The notes beneath the pieces were generated by a model that made no database searches, had not been told where the DNA came from, and saw nothing but the letters and a program-made list of their open reading frames with translations. 56,463 bases of DNA, taken from IMG/VR virus record IMGVR_UViG_3300025400_000023, positions 1 to 56,463 of that record; one strand, 5' to 3'. This stretch comes from a virus. Taxonomy: Duplodnaviria; Caudoviricetes. Positions 6,409 through 18,000 of this stretch are shown here, piece after piece (position 1 is the first letter of the stretch; each line of letters begins with the position of its first letter). A program made the translations under genes and the position numbers.

Positions 6409-9400
6409 TTACTTATAACTCTTTCTCAACTCTTCTGCCTGCTGGGCATATCGATTGATTATCTCTTTTAAGCGGTCAATCTCTTCACGCTTTTCAGTAC
6501 CGGTCATCTGTTTGTCTTCAGTTATGACCATGATTTGCTGCCTAGCCTTGGCCATCTTCTTAGCCGTTGCATCGTACATTTTCTGCAGCGCAATCTTATC
6601 GCCCTTCTCTTCTTTAATTTCCGCGACTTTATCGAAGTCACCCAATTCAGCATAGTGGCGCATGTCAGCATAAGCCTGGTTGATCAACTTACTATTCTCA
6701 TAAAAGTCGTTCACATAAGCCGACTGATTACTGGGCAATGACTTGATAAACCCAAGAGAAACAGCATCCAGTTTCTTCATGTCAGGATAAGCGCCATCGT
6801 TAAACGGCATCATGGCATAGTAAGAAATACTCTCAGCCGTTCCACCCATCCATCCAAGGTAAGCCCTGATCAAGTAATCAATCTGAACCGGGGACAACTC
6901 TGTTCCTTCACCAGTTACAGACGCTACGGCATGAGATATTCCACCCAAAGCTTTGGCTATTGGACTTGTGGATTCAGTCATGCGCTCTTGCTTAGACAAT
7001 CTTTCTAGGCCAGCAGTCTCAATCGGAGCGCCAGTAAAGCTATCTTTGTTGGCATAAATGTCAACTAAAGGTTTAGCAAATTGGGGAATAGGATTGAGCG
7101 AGAAGGTATTGGTCAGCATACGGCTGATACTGTCACCAAACTTCTTGCCCTCAACATCCTTATCCACGATCTGCTCAAGCGTTCTCTCAGCCAACGTACC
7201 AAATGCACCGATCTCAAACGGCTTAGGAATACGCAAAGCTGCATCCATTCCAGGTAGCTTGATCCACCAGAAGTTATCCCTATCCCAGTCTTCACGCTTC
7301 TTGAAGTCATCGTCATCTTTGAATGCAAGATAAAGTAACATGGATGCCAACATCACGCTACCCGTAACTACGCTGAACTGAGCCGCCTTTTGTTTATCCG
7401 TAGCTTCAATGGGCTTGCCTGTTACCGTGTTGTAAATCACTCGGCTTGTGGGCAATATGCCATCCCTACCTAGTTTGTACAAACCTTGCAGGCGGGCATT
7501 CAAGAAGGGCACGGTGGTTGTTAGATATCTGAATGCATTAGAAGATCCTTGCATTGAGAAGTCCATCAAGTCACGAGCTTGGAAACTGGCCTCAAGATGC
7601 GACAGGCCCTTGGCTCTTAACTGTTGGTAAAGTGCAGCTCTGTTCGCAGCTTCACTTCTATTTCCCAAATCTTCATACGCATCAAATAACTTTTTCAATC
7701 CATCCTTAATGGAGTCTGAGCCAGTCAATATGGTGGTTCTATTCACGCCTTTGGCAATCAATCTCTTGACCATTGCGGCTTGATCGCCCTCGCCATTTGT
7801 GCCAAAGTTAAAGATCGCACCACCAGCCAACATGGATGCATACGCAGGGTTATCCCTAGAAGATAGTGCCCATCCGTCAATCAAGTTCTTGCCGATGTTT
7901 GTGGACAATCCTGACACGGCAGCAGACTGGATCGAATCTTTGATCAAGTTAGATACCTTGAACGCAGGAGACAGAGTTACGCCAAACCTGATGGCATTCT
8001 TAAACGCTTTGGCTACATCAAGGTAAGCATTGCTCTTACCCAGGAAGGTGATGTTAGAAATGGATTCCAACAACATGGGTTCATGCACATCATAGTAAAC
8101 CAACTCGCCATTCTCTCTGACCTTAACGGCAGTATCCTTTTTGGGTCCAGCGTTTGTGCCCAACCTTGTAACCGCTCCTATTGTTTCAGCATCCTTTAAT
8201 GTCTGAACAGCAGCTTGGTTTTTTGCCGAGGCAGATAGAATATGACTCCAGTTTCTTAGTACATTCTCCATCAAATCACCAAAAGCTTTTTCATTGTTGC
8301 CTTTTAGTTCTTTTGAGAAATACTGGCTAGTCAAAGTTGATGCAGTTTTAATGCTCTCCACATTCCCATCCTCCATCGCACGGTAGAAAGGAACGTAGAA
8401 CATATCATTGCTAAAACGCTTATACGCTTCGTCATCAAGCAATCCCATACTCTTAGCTACATCAAGCACAGACTTGTTCAGCTCTTGCATCTTTTTGCGA
8501 GTTTCCTCATACACCAAAGCGCGAGGCTTACCGTTGATGGTTCCTCTTGTGTACTCAGGCAAGTCGGCCACTAAATCTTTTAAATCATCAGATCTCTTTT
8601 CAGCTGGCAATCTAGCTTCTCTATTTAAAGCCATCCAAATCTGAAAGCGGTCCACCTCTTCACCCAAAGGCTTTAGGATATCAATCAATCCCTTTGTGCC
8701 ATTCTTAATATTCAAAGCACCGCCATCATTGAACACATGGCCATAGAACAACAAGCCTTCCAGGGCGCCATCAATACTCCTGGACATGCGAGCCATCATG
8801 TAACCCAACTGAGGCATAGCTACGCCTGTTTTTTTCTCTATATCTTCGTAAATGCCTTTAATTGATCTGAACTGGTCTACTGTTTTCTGTGCAAGATGCT
8901 TAAAGAAGTTATCCTTTAACCCATCAATGCGATCCAAAATGGTTATGTTGGGCGCATAAAACTTAGGCTGAATACGAGCAACAGCAGCAGCACTCATGCC
9001 TTGGAATGCTTTAGTATTCATCGGAGCACGTTTCTGCAACGCAGCTTGTGCCATTGCCCTGGCCTCTTGCTTGGTCTTGGGCAAATTAATAGCACTCAAT
9101 GTATCTTCAACATTCGAATCGCGTTTATTGAATAGTTCATCCTGAATCGGTGTGGGAGCAGCTTTGGCTTGTTCAGATACCTTGCCGGGCTCAAGCAGCT
9201 TACCTGTTGTTGGGGCATTGCCAGCGCGAGCAGGAACATCCTCTTGGCCATAATATTCCAAATTACCTCGGGCAAACATTTTATTCCCGGTAATCGTCAC
9301 CTCATCCGCATATTTCAACACGCGGCCTAAAGCATCCTGGAACAGATGTGTGCTCTTAGGATTAAATCCCATTTCCACGCCATCAAAACTTGGCTTATCC

Positions 9401-12400
9401 GTGGGTACATATTTACCGTCTGCACTGCCCATAGGCTCTTTATACTGAAGGCCCGCGGCGATTCTCTCCCTAATTGGCTGGCTTACTTTGAAGAAAACAT
9501 TCCTCATCGTAACAACAGGCAAGTATTTAATAACCTCCTTAGACCAATAGCCGGCCGTAGAGCCATGCGGGAACTTGTCAGACTCAGATCCCTTGTGAAT
9601 GGCCAAAACAGGTACGCCTTGGTTTTTAAGAATGTTTAAATCTAAACGCGCACCAATCAAATCACCATGATGCAAGGGAACGTTTTTCTCCATAATCCGA
9701 GCGCCTGTTTTATTTGCGCTGATGGCTTTGTCCGCTTGCTCTTTGGTAACAGGATCAACCTCTTGTGCAGTCCTGGTTTTGTATAAAGGAGACTCTTTTG
9801 CATTGAAGTAAAAGCCCTGCCTACGGGTATCCATTTCATCTGCAAATAGATGTTGAACTCTCTTGGAAAACAAAGATTGTTGCCGTATTCTGCTGCTGGC
9901 AGCAATTTGCTTGGAGCCAAAACTATAACCCTGTTGTTCAATCTCGCGACCAATCTTTCTCACATCTTCTTTGAGAATGATGTCAGTCGTGCGAACCAGT
10001 TTATCCAGAGCTGATTCAAAGTTAGGTGCAACACCTAAAACTCTGCGCACCAAATTCACCACTTGATTAAAGGCGGTCTTAGGTCCAACCATGATGCTAG
10101 ACATAAAGTCTTGCATATCACGGTCAGTAATCGACCAAGTAACCATCTCATCCACAGATTCCAATGCATTGTTTAATCTGTTGATGCGGTCCATGAAATC
10201 AGTCTTGCGACCAGCTCTAATCTCAGAAGTCAAATGTCTGTGAACTTGAACAAACAAAGCGTTTAACTCTTTGACAATTGGATCTGTACTGTTCAAAAGT
10301 TTCAACTGACCACGGGTCGCAACGTGCAGCAACTCATGCAGAATGGTTGTGTAATCCGTACCAGGTGGGTGAGTAGCCTGATTTCTTACAACCGTAGGAC
10401 CGTTGAGCTGAACGCTAACAGAAGTATTCTCTCCTGTCCTACCCCAGATAAAAGATGTTCTACCGTTGGCATTACGCATGACCACAGTTCGGGTGGCGCC
10501 ATCCAATATTTGGAAATCCATTTTCATGCCACGCTGAGCCATGCCCTGTATACGCTTGTTAACAAGATCAGCAAAGTATCTAGCCATCTTGTTAGGCGCA
10601 TTGTCCACAGCCCACTGTGCAACCTCAAGCAACGTCTTGCCCTTCAACTCCTTGGCATTTCTCTCTTGTTCTCTGGTCGTGTTGTGGCCATTGAACGCCC
10701 TGGTCGAATGCATCACATCTTCAGGAACAATCCCGCGCACAGCCATATCTTCAGCCTCACTGGGAGAGGCATGACTCATAACCGTAGGATTGCCGTCATT
10801 GTCTAAAACAACATCAAGAATGTCATCCTGACTTGCAACCGGGAGATTGGCAAAATCCTCATTATCTTCTGCGTAACGCTCTCTATTAGCCTCAAACTTA
10901 TCGGCATAACGCTTGGCCTCTTCAATCGCTTCTTGTGCTTTTAATTGCTTGGCCTTACTCTCCTCTAGCTTTCTCTCTATGCGCGATACCATACTGGCAA
11001 TCCGCTCTGGGCTCATGCCATCTGTATCTATTCCATACTGATTGGCCGCATCGTCAAGCAACTCTTGCTGATATGCCTCATATGCTTTTTCAGCAGACGT
11101 CTTTTGGTCTTCTACATTCTTTTGCTCTTCGCCATTCAATTCATCCTTGATCATCTCCTGGAGCTTACTCACACCACCGTCATACTCCATGTCGCTCTCA
11201 AGCAAATAACCATCCTCATATGCCCGCTGCGCTAGGTCATCAATTCCCAAGCCATCTTTTCTAAAAAATCCAGGCAGCTTTCTGTTTGCGTTGACCTTTC
11301 TTTGCTCGCCAGTCACATCCAAAGATTCTTCAGGCTTTAATCCATTGGAAAGCAAGAACTTCCTAAACGGAGTGGTTTTGGGGGCTTGTTCAATATCTTT
11401 GGGTTCAACATTCAAACCGAGGCGAGCCGATATTTCAGCCTTCTTCGCATCTATCTCTTCTTGCGTTAATGGTTTGTTTTCAACTTCAGAAATGCCTTTG
11501 TAAAGATTTGCCAACTCTTCTTGTCTAGCAATCTTTTCTTCTGGGCTTAAAGCTTTTAGTTGCTCCTTTTCTGCTGGGGTTAAATCTTTATATGTAGCAA
11601 GAATAGCCTTTTCTGCATCTTCTCCAGCTTGAATTCTATTTCTAGCAGCAGTTATGAAAGGATCTGCAACCGCTTCTGCTTTGAGCTGTGCATTCTTAAA
11701 AGTTTGTTCAGCTTCTTGCTGTAACTTAAATTGGTTTTGTCTTGCCGTATCCAATAGCTGCTGATTTTGAGTATTGGGACTAACACCAAATAAAGTTGTT
11801 TGAGCTGTCTTTGTCAGCGGCACACCAACTTTTTCAGCAGCTTTCATGGCCGCATCTAAAGCAGTTCTTTCGTTTTCACTGACTTCATTATGGTCAGGTT
11901 TATCTACAGGCTGAGTCTCATCGGCATGTTCTTGTTCTTTTGTTTTCTGTTCAGCCGCAGACGCCAATCGGGTTCTAACTCCACCCAACGCACCAGGCAT
12001 AACAGACATACCAAACGCAGCACCAGCAGTATCAATGTATTCATTGATCGCATTCTTATCGGTCAACGGTAAGTTAGCACCATAACGCTCGGCTGCTTGT
12101 TGCAATAACTCAGGGGGCACTTCTTTAGCCCCTGTCAAAAGCATATTGGCACCTACATCCAAGAACACATTTTTGGTAGATCCGCTAAGTCCCCTCAATG
12201 AACCCAAGCCAATTCGTTCTGCCGCATAGTCTGCCAATGCATGAGCAGCCGCAGCAGGCCCAACCTTAGACAAATCCATGTCCTCTGGGCGCTTACCCTC
12301 TTCTTCAGCTTGCTCCGCTGCACGACTACCCACTTCACCCACGCCATGATAGACCGCCTCAGCAGCACTACCCGCCATAGATCCATATGCCTTAGCACCA

Positions 12401-13053
12401 GACTTAGCCAAGGTTTTGGCTTCTTCTCCAACAATCTCTTTCTTAGCCTGATTCTCAACGTAGGTCTTAGCCGCCTCTTCACCAGACTCTTTTAGGATCT
12501 TTTCCGCAGCTTCTTTAATGCCCTTCTTGACCATTGACTTGGCCACCAAACCAGCAACACCGCCAGTTATAGTACCTTCAACAGGCAATACGCTACCAAC
12601 CAAAGCACCGCCCACGGCAGTAGCACCAGTCTCCAACATATTGGCAGCACCCGATCCAATCTGATAGGGGAGCCAATCAGTCAGTACAGTTCCTATGCCT
12701 TGGTTCCAAGCATTCGCCAAAGAGTCAGTAGGCTTAGCCATCGCCTCTTGTTTCTCTTGCGCTTCTTTAAGTTTCTCTGCACCGCCTTTAAGTAGGTAAT
12801 CAGAGATGGCGCCCTGGCCCAAAAGCTTTTTAGCACCAGCACCAAGTACGGTTTCTACACCGCCTATGGTTTCTTCTGTTTGTGGGATATAAGATTTAAA
12901 GCCACGAACAAAGTCGCTGGATTCTTCCTTGGGAGCAGGCGCAGCTGGCGGTGGAGTAGAAGCATAAGTATTCGCCCAAGACCAAGCCGTCTTAGGATCT
13001 GGTGCGTCTACTTCATAGGTCTTATCGCCAACATCAACTTGATAGGTAGGCAT
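6409..13053 (-). CDS. giant internal virion (ejection) polyvalent protein, zincin-like HExxH and LPD38-like C-terminus
   Basis: 2214 aa, last gene of the virion block; TILHELLH motif; C-terminal PFLNARLQG...LRIPKPFEIG...SPVQIDYLIRAY resembles LPD38. Confidence 0.75.
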   Translation of the reverse strand: MPTYQVDVGDKTYEVDAPDPKTAWSWANTYASTPPPAAPAPKEESSDFVRGFKSYIPQTEETIGGVETVLGAGAKKLLGQGAISDYLLKGGAEKLKEAQEKQEAMAKPTDSLANAWNQGIGTVLTDWLPYQIGSGAANMLETGATAVGGALVGSVLPVEGTITGGVAGLVAKSMVKKGIKEAAEKILKESGEEAAKTYVENQAKKEIVGEEAKTLAKSGAKAYGSMAGSAAEAVYHGVGEVGSRAAEQAEEEGKRPEDMDLSKVGPAAAAHALADYAAERIGLGSLRGLSGSTKNVFLDVGANMLLTGAKEVPPELLQQAAERYGANLPLTDKNAINEYIDTAGAAFGMSVMPGALGGVRTRLASAAEQKTKEQEHADETQPVDKPDHNEVSENERTALDAAMKAAEKVGVPLTKTAQTTLFGVSPNTQNQQLLDTARQNQFKLQQEAEQTFKNAQLKAEAVADPFITAARNRIQAGEDAEKAILATYKDLTPAEKEQLKALSPEEKIARQEELANLYKGISEVENKPLTQEEIDAKKAEISARLGLNVEPKDIEQAPKTTPFRKFLLSNGLKPEESLDVTGEQRKVNANRKLPGFFRKDGLGIDDLAQRAYEDGYLLESDMEYDGGVSKLQEMIKDELNGEEQKNVEDQKTSAEKAYEAYQQELLDDAANQYGIDTDGMSPERIASMVSRIERKLEESKAKQLKAQEAIEEAKRYADKFEANRERYAEDNEDFANLPVASQDDILDVVLDNDGNPTVMSHASPSEAEDMAVRGIVPEDVMHSTRAFNGHNTTREQERNAKELKGKTLLEVAQWAVDNAPNKMARYFADLVNKRIQGMAQRGMKMDFQILDGATRTVVMRNANGRTSFIWGRTGENTSVSVQLNGPTVVRNQATHPPGTDYTTILHELLHVATRGQLKLLNSTDPIVKELNALFVQVHRHLTSEIRAGRKTDFMDRINRLNNALESVDEMVTWSITDRDMQDFMSSIMVGPKTAFNQVVNLVRRVLGVAPNFESALDKLVRTTDIILKEDVRKIGREIEQQGYSFGSKQIAASSRIRQQSLFSKRVQHLFADEMDTRRQGFYFNAKESPLYKTRTAQEVDPVTKEQADKAISANKTGARIMEKNVPLHHGDLIGARLDLNILKNQGVPVLAIHKGSESDKFPHGSTAGYWSKEVIKYLPVVTMRNVFFKVSQPIRERIAAGLQYKEPMGSADGKYVPTDKPSFDGVEMGFNPKSTHLFQDALGRVLKYADEVTITGNKMFARGNLEYYGQEDVPARAGNAPTTGKLLEPGKVSEQAKAAPTPIQDELFNKRDSNVEDTLSAINLPKTKQEARAMAQAALQKRAPMNTKAFQGMSAAAVARIQPKFYAPNITILDRIDGLKDNFFKHLAQKTVDQFRSIKGIYEDIEKKTGVAMPQLGYMMARMSRSIDGALEGLLFYGHVFNDGGALNIKNGTKGLIDILKPLGEEVDRFQIWMALNREARLPAEKRSDDLKDLVADLPEYTRGTINGKPRALVYEETRKKMQELNKSVLDVAKSMGLLDDEAYKRFSNDMFYVPFYRAMEDGNVESIKTASTLTSQYFSKELKGNNEKAFGDLMENVLRNWSHILSASAKNQAAVQTLKDAETIGAVTRLGTNAGPKKDTAVKVRENGELVYYDVHEPMLLESISNITFLGKSNAYLDVAKAFKNAIRFGVTLSPAFKVSNLIKDSIQSAAVSGLSTNIGKNLIDGWALSSRDNPAYASMLAGGAIFNFGTNGEGDQAAMVKRLIAKGVNRTTILTGSDSIKDGLKKLFDAYEDLGNRSEAANRAALYQQLRAKGLSHLEASFQARDLMDFSMQGSSNAFRYLTTTVPFLNARLQGLYKLGRDGILPTSRVIYNTVTGKPIEATDKQKAAQFSVVTGSVMLASMLLYLAFKDDDDFKKREDWDRDNFWWIKLPGMDAALRIPKPFEIGAFGTLAERTLEQIVDKDVEGKKFGDSISRMLTNTFSLNPIPQFAKPLVDIYANKDSFTGAPIETAGLERLSKQERMTESTSPIAKALGGISHAVASVTGEGTELSPVQIDYLIRAYLGWMGGTAESISYYAMMPFNDGAYPDMKKLDAVSLGFIKSLPSNQSAYVNDFYENSKLINQAYADMRHYAELGDFDKVAEIKEEKGDKIALQKMYDATAKKMAKARQQIMVITEDKQMTGTEKREEIDRLKEIINRYAQQAEELRKSYK

Positions 13054-15089
13054 TATTTCTTACCTTCGTTCTTAACCTCACGAACTGCATTGGGATTATA
13101 TTGCGGCCCGCCAGTTATACCCGCTTTTAGTTGAGCATCAATTTCTCTAAGCTCTTTCTCAATTTCATCAGCCCTTGCCTTGGATGGTAAAGCTTCTTTT
13201 TCTTTGAGCAAAGATTGTTGTCTGTCTCTGATCGCAGACAAGTCAAGCTTAGATGCATTCATGGCAGAACTGGGATTGCGGAACAAAGCAATGCGAGTCA
13301 ATATCTCTGGGTCTGTGGCTTTGGGATCTGCCGCTTTATAGGCGTCATAGAGTTGCTTGTCGGTAAAGGATTTACCCATCGACATCTCTCTCTCCATCGC
13401 TGCAACCTTTTCACGAGAAGCAATGTCAGCCAAGCGCCATCTTTCATTGGATGCAATCTCCAACGCTTTCTGTTTTTCAGCAGACAGGTTCTGCATGCTT
13501 TCTTTCTGAAGATTAACCGCAGCAGTAGCGGCAGTCTCTTTGTCTTTGCCATAAGAATCAAAGACATTCTTCGCACGGGCAGCAGATTGCTTGAACTGCT
13601 CAGTCTCAATCGGAGTCATCATCTCATGGATCTTCAACATCTGATCCAAGTCAGCTTTGCGTTCATTTTCAACTGCGCTTAGATAACCTGGCCCTGCGCC
13701 CTTCAATCCACCGTAAGACATGGCAGCCAATACTTTCATCAGCCTTTCCATAGGACGCTCAGCAATGGAAGCTTGATATGCTTTGTTGTATTGATCTATG
13801 CGATCCATAGCAGCTTTGCCTATTGGAGAATCTGTTCCATAAGCTTTAGCAATTTTGACCTCATCTTCTATCTTCTGTTTAAGATCAGGACCTTTGGTTG
13901 CTTCTAAAGCTCTCTTTTCCAATTCAGTAGACTCAGGAGTTGGCTTGTTCAGCGAACTCACATCTGTCATTTGGAAAGCCGTTCTAGCTGGTGCAGCCGC
14001 AACAGGTTTAGCCGCTGCCAATGGAGAAGGAGCAGCCAAAGGAGATGGGGGAGGAGGAGTTGTATCCGATGGCGTTGGAACAGGAATAGGCTTTACAGTA
14101 TCACCCGTAGGCATTAACTGACTCAGCAACGGTGCAGCATTTGGATTGGATGCAACGCTTGGGAAGTTTTCAGACTCAGTACTTGATGGATACCTTCTAT
14201 TGTATTCACCTGATGGCATGGTCAGATAATTGATGGCATGACCAGTCGTATCCCCTATTGCATTAGCACCTAGGACACCAACCTTACCCAAGCCCAAAGC
14301 AAAACTACCTAGCGCATTGGCCGCAGGAGAAAGACTGGGATCATGCATCACCCAATCCATAGGCTTGGTTTGTGACGCAGAAAAGTCTGGTGCAACATAA
14401 GGTTGTCTAACCACAGAAGTAGCTGCAGGAGTAGCGGCTGGCGCAACATCTTTACCTGTCACTTTAGCCGTCTGTCTAGCTTTCTCATCGTTGAAGTATT
14501 GTTCGACTTGAGCAGGCGTCATAACTGATGGATCAGCAGGCAAGTTGGGATCAGGAACCAAACTGGGAGCTTCTTTAAATCCTATCACTCCGCCATGCCT
14601 ATAGTTGAACATATGATGTCCAACAGGTAGTTGCATCAATCCACCTCTCGCTGCCATTACTGGTTGAGGAGCTTGTTGTGGCGCTTGCTGAGCAGAGGGC
14701 GCTTGGAGTTGTTGCTGAGGACTTTGTGGAGCTTCTTGGGTAGGTTCAATACCAGGCATTTCATTCATGGGTATAGCATTCAAACCCATGAGTCCTTGCC
14801 TTCTTCCCATTTCTTGTGCGGAAAGAGCTGCGGCTTGCGCTCTGATTCTGTCCATAACAGTCTGAGATTGTGGCTGAGCCTGAGCATTTTGAGCTTGTGC
14901 TTCTGCGCTCGTCTTGGCACTCAACACCACACCTGCCGTAGCGGGCAAGTCAGGGTTTCCTGGAGGCGCAGGCATTTGGGATAACCTAGTCAACGTAGCC
15001 AAACCTTGTGGGGTCGGCGGTATGTTATTCAACATATTCCAAGTCTGGCTTGGACTAGGGTTGGTGATTGGCAAAGGATTTTTAACCAT
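13053..15089 (-). CDS. internal virion/ejection protein
   Basis: Pro/Ala/Gln-rich with helical C-terminus; AARGGLM and YRHGG motifs; precedes the giant protein. Confidence 0.65.
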   Translation of the reverse strand: MVKNPLPITNPSPSQTWNMLNNIPPTPQGLATLTRLSQMPAPPGNPDLPATAGVVLSAKTSAEAQAQNAQAQPQSQTVMDRIRAQAAALSAQEMGRRQGLMGLNAIPMNEMPGIEPTQEAPQSPQQQLQAPSAQQAPQQAPQPVMAARGGLMQLPVGHHMFNYRHGGVIGFKEAPSLVPDPNLPADPSVMTPAQVEQYFNDEKARQTAKVTGKDVAPAATPAATSVVRQPYVAPDFSASQTKPMDWVMHDPSLSPAANALGSFALGLGKVGVLGANAIGDTTGHAINYLTMPSGEYNRRYPSSTESENFPSVASNPNAAPLLSQLMPTGDTVKPIPVPTPSDTTPPPPSPLAAPSPLAAAKPVAAAPARTAFQMTDVSSLNKPTPESTELEKRALEATKGPDLKQKIEDEVKIAKAYGTDSPIGKAAMDRIDQYNKAYQASIAERPMERLMKVLAAMSYGGLKGAGPGYLSAVENERKADLDQMLKIHEMMTPIETEQFKQSAARAKNVFDSYGKDKETAATAAVNLQKESMQNLSAEKQKALEIASNERWRLADIASREKVAAMEREMSMGKSFTDKQLYDAYKAADPKATDPEILTRIALFRNPSSAMNASKLDLSAIRDRQQSLLKEKEALPSKARADEIEKELREIDAQLKAGITGGPQYNPNAVREVKNEGKK

Positions 15090-18000
15090 TAGTTGTCCCC
15101 GATGAAGATCCGCCTGTAGTTCCACTAGAGTTTAAAACAGGAGATAGTGCATTGTATAGACCTGTCAACCCTCCAATATTACTAGAAAGATTGCTAATCG
15201 TATTGGTGTTGGGCGTAGTATAAGCCGTAGAAATTGGCAAGCCTTGTAACAAGCTTTGCTCAAACTGCAACTGCTGATATGGGTACTGTTGTTGTTTCTG
15301 GAACTCTGCATATGCAGCTTGGTCCGCAGCATTCTGAATGCCTTGTTGTACACCGCCTGCTGTGCCCAGAGCCTGCAAAGTTTGTTGTGCTTGGTTGGCA
15401 CTGAACTGACGTGAAGCTTCGGTATTCTGCTGAGCTTGCAACTGTCTGGCTTGATCTGCATTGAACTGATTCATTGCATTTTGGTAAGCCGTGTTATAGC
15501 CTTGACCAATTATGTTAGCTTGGTTGGTTAACAAATTACCTTCAGCCACACCTTGGGCTACACCTTGACGGCTACCTCCAAATGCGCCTTGCTTGGTCAA
15601 GTTTCCCAATAATGTTTGTTGATTCTGTTGTGCTTCATAGTTCAATGCATCCAATTGTGGTTGCAATGATTGTTGCAAATATGGGTTCATGTACTGTGCC
15701 GCAGGACTATTACCATACATGGAAGGAGCAGCAGCAGCGCCAGTAGTCTGAGTAAAGGGCTGGCCTGAAGCAGCTTGGCTTACCAAAGATGTCTCACTAG
15801 GCGTTGACAAATCAGGCAAAGAACCAATTCCTTGGCTAGACCAGTTTTGTGTCTGATAGTTCATGGGCGTATAGCCTGTCTGAGCCATCTGTGAAAGACC
15901 TGCAAACTGTTGGTTTTGCAAAGCCGATTGCCCAGCAGTCAACGGTCCTTGATAAACAGGCATAGGAGCATTAGCCAAAGCTTGACCTTGCCCCAACATA
16001 TTGGTTACATAACCGCCAACATAAGGTGACAAAGTGTTGGTAGCACTAGCACCCAAGCCTTGTACGCCTGCTGCATTAGTACCTAAGTTTGCACTTCCTA
16101 TTCCAGTAGTATCTCCACCAGTAGCAAAAGCAACTGCACCGCCACTTGCATATCCCACGATACCGCCAGGCATGTACTTATCAGGATTGATTTGTTTGCC
16201 TTGCTTTGGATTACCAGTTCTGGCTTTGCGAATCTTGGCCATCATTTGGTATAGCTTGTCTGCGCCTGCGTCAGAGTTGCCATTACCCAAGTGAGAAACC
16301 ACATCGGCAGGAACCACAAACTCACCGTGGCTCAACTTAGCAGGTTGAATGCCATCTATAGAACTGGGGACCTCATCTGCCATGCCGTCTGTATGACCCT
16401 TTAAATATCGTGGCTGATCATGCGTTTGACCGCCTGCCGCATATTTAAGATCCATCAAACCGCCCTTGGCGCCATATGTTGTATCGCCACCCTGAGCAGC
16501 AGCATAAGCTTGGTTAACAACATCAGCATTCTGAGGACCGACAACTGCAATCACATCGGCGGCGGGTACACCTGCGCTAATCAATTGACTTGCAATGGCC
16601 GTATTGTCCATACCAGAAGCTTGTCCGCTACTGATAATACTACTGATCGTATTTGCGTTTGAAGGAGCTGCGGTAGTGGCAACTGCCGTTCCACCCGATG
16701 TAGCAGGAACTTGGCTTGAAGATATAGCTTGATCGGTTTGCCCACCAACAAGAGGCCCAGTAGCTGCAGTACTAACTCCACTTGGTGTTGATGTACTAGT
16801 AGATGGCAAGCTTGCAACGCCAGTAGGAGGGGTGTATCCAGGTATGTTTACACCTTGAGCAGCATACTGAGACAAATCAACACCAGGGAACATAGACTGA
16901 AGTTGTCCAGCATTTAATCCATTTGCTTGAATCAGAGCATTTAATCCCTGAGTGTTACCAGTATTGGCATTCCACTGTAGCTGCTTTGCTAACGATCCTT
17001 GTGATGGACCAGTTAATACGCCATTTGTAAACTCAGGATTGTTTGTCATCAAAGAGTTGACAACTTTACTACCTGTATTGGCAGCACTTCCTGTGATTGG
17101 GGTATAGCTTGCACCAGGCACGTTGATGCCTTCGCTACCAGCAATGTTCAAGATTTGATTGATGTTGCTTGGAAACATCGTAGCCAACTGGGAAGCAGTT
17201 AACTTGTTGCTACTGATCAAATTGTTTAACGTAGATACGTCTGGATTCACACCGTTGTTGAATGCCGTAGCAAGTTGTTGCGCCAAAGCAGGGCTAGTAG
17301 AAGTAGTTGTACCACTCGTACCGTAATTTAGGTTACTCAGATTTCCTGTGTAGCCTAGATTCTTAGCAACAGTAGCGGCATCCGTAGGATTAAGCTTGTA
17401 CTTGTTAACAATATCTTGAGCAGACAAACCTTGTTGGTTGATCAACTGATTAGCCAATGTATAGTTGCCCGCTTGATAGGCAGCCAATATGGGATCGGTT
17501 GTGGTTGTTGTTTTGGCTTTAGCAGCAGCGGCAGCATCTTGAGCCTTTTGTTGGGCCTGTTGCTGAGCAAGTAACTGTGCTTGTTGTTGAGAAGTTAATT
17601 GAGTGGTATTTGGTTGAGTGAGAGTACTCACCCCTTGTTGCCCAGGACCGCCCGTGGTCATTGCGCCTTGTCCGTAATTACCTAAACCAGTTCCATATAA
17701 AACAGAAGGATTGGCTTGGAAAGAAGATCCAGCAGGTAAAGACGAAATGCCACTGCCATAAGTTTGTCCGCCAGGAATGCCTTGGTATTGCATGGCAAAC
17801 GTGGGAATAGGCGCATTCATCTGGTTCTGTGCAATCGCGGCAGCTTGTGCAGCAATAGCAGCCTGAGCATTGGCTTGTTGACTAGGATCGGTATACAGAG
17901 TATCTGTAAAATATTGTTTGTTGGCTTGACCTGGTATCACTTGATTTGCTCCTGGTACTTGCATTCGTGTTGCAATAAGATTGGGAATGCTACCTTGATA

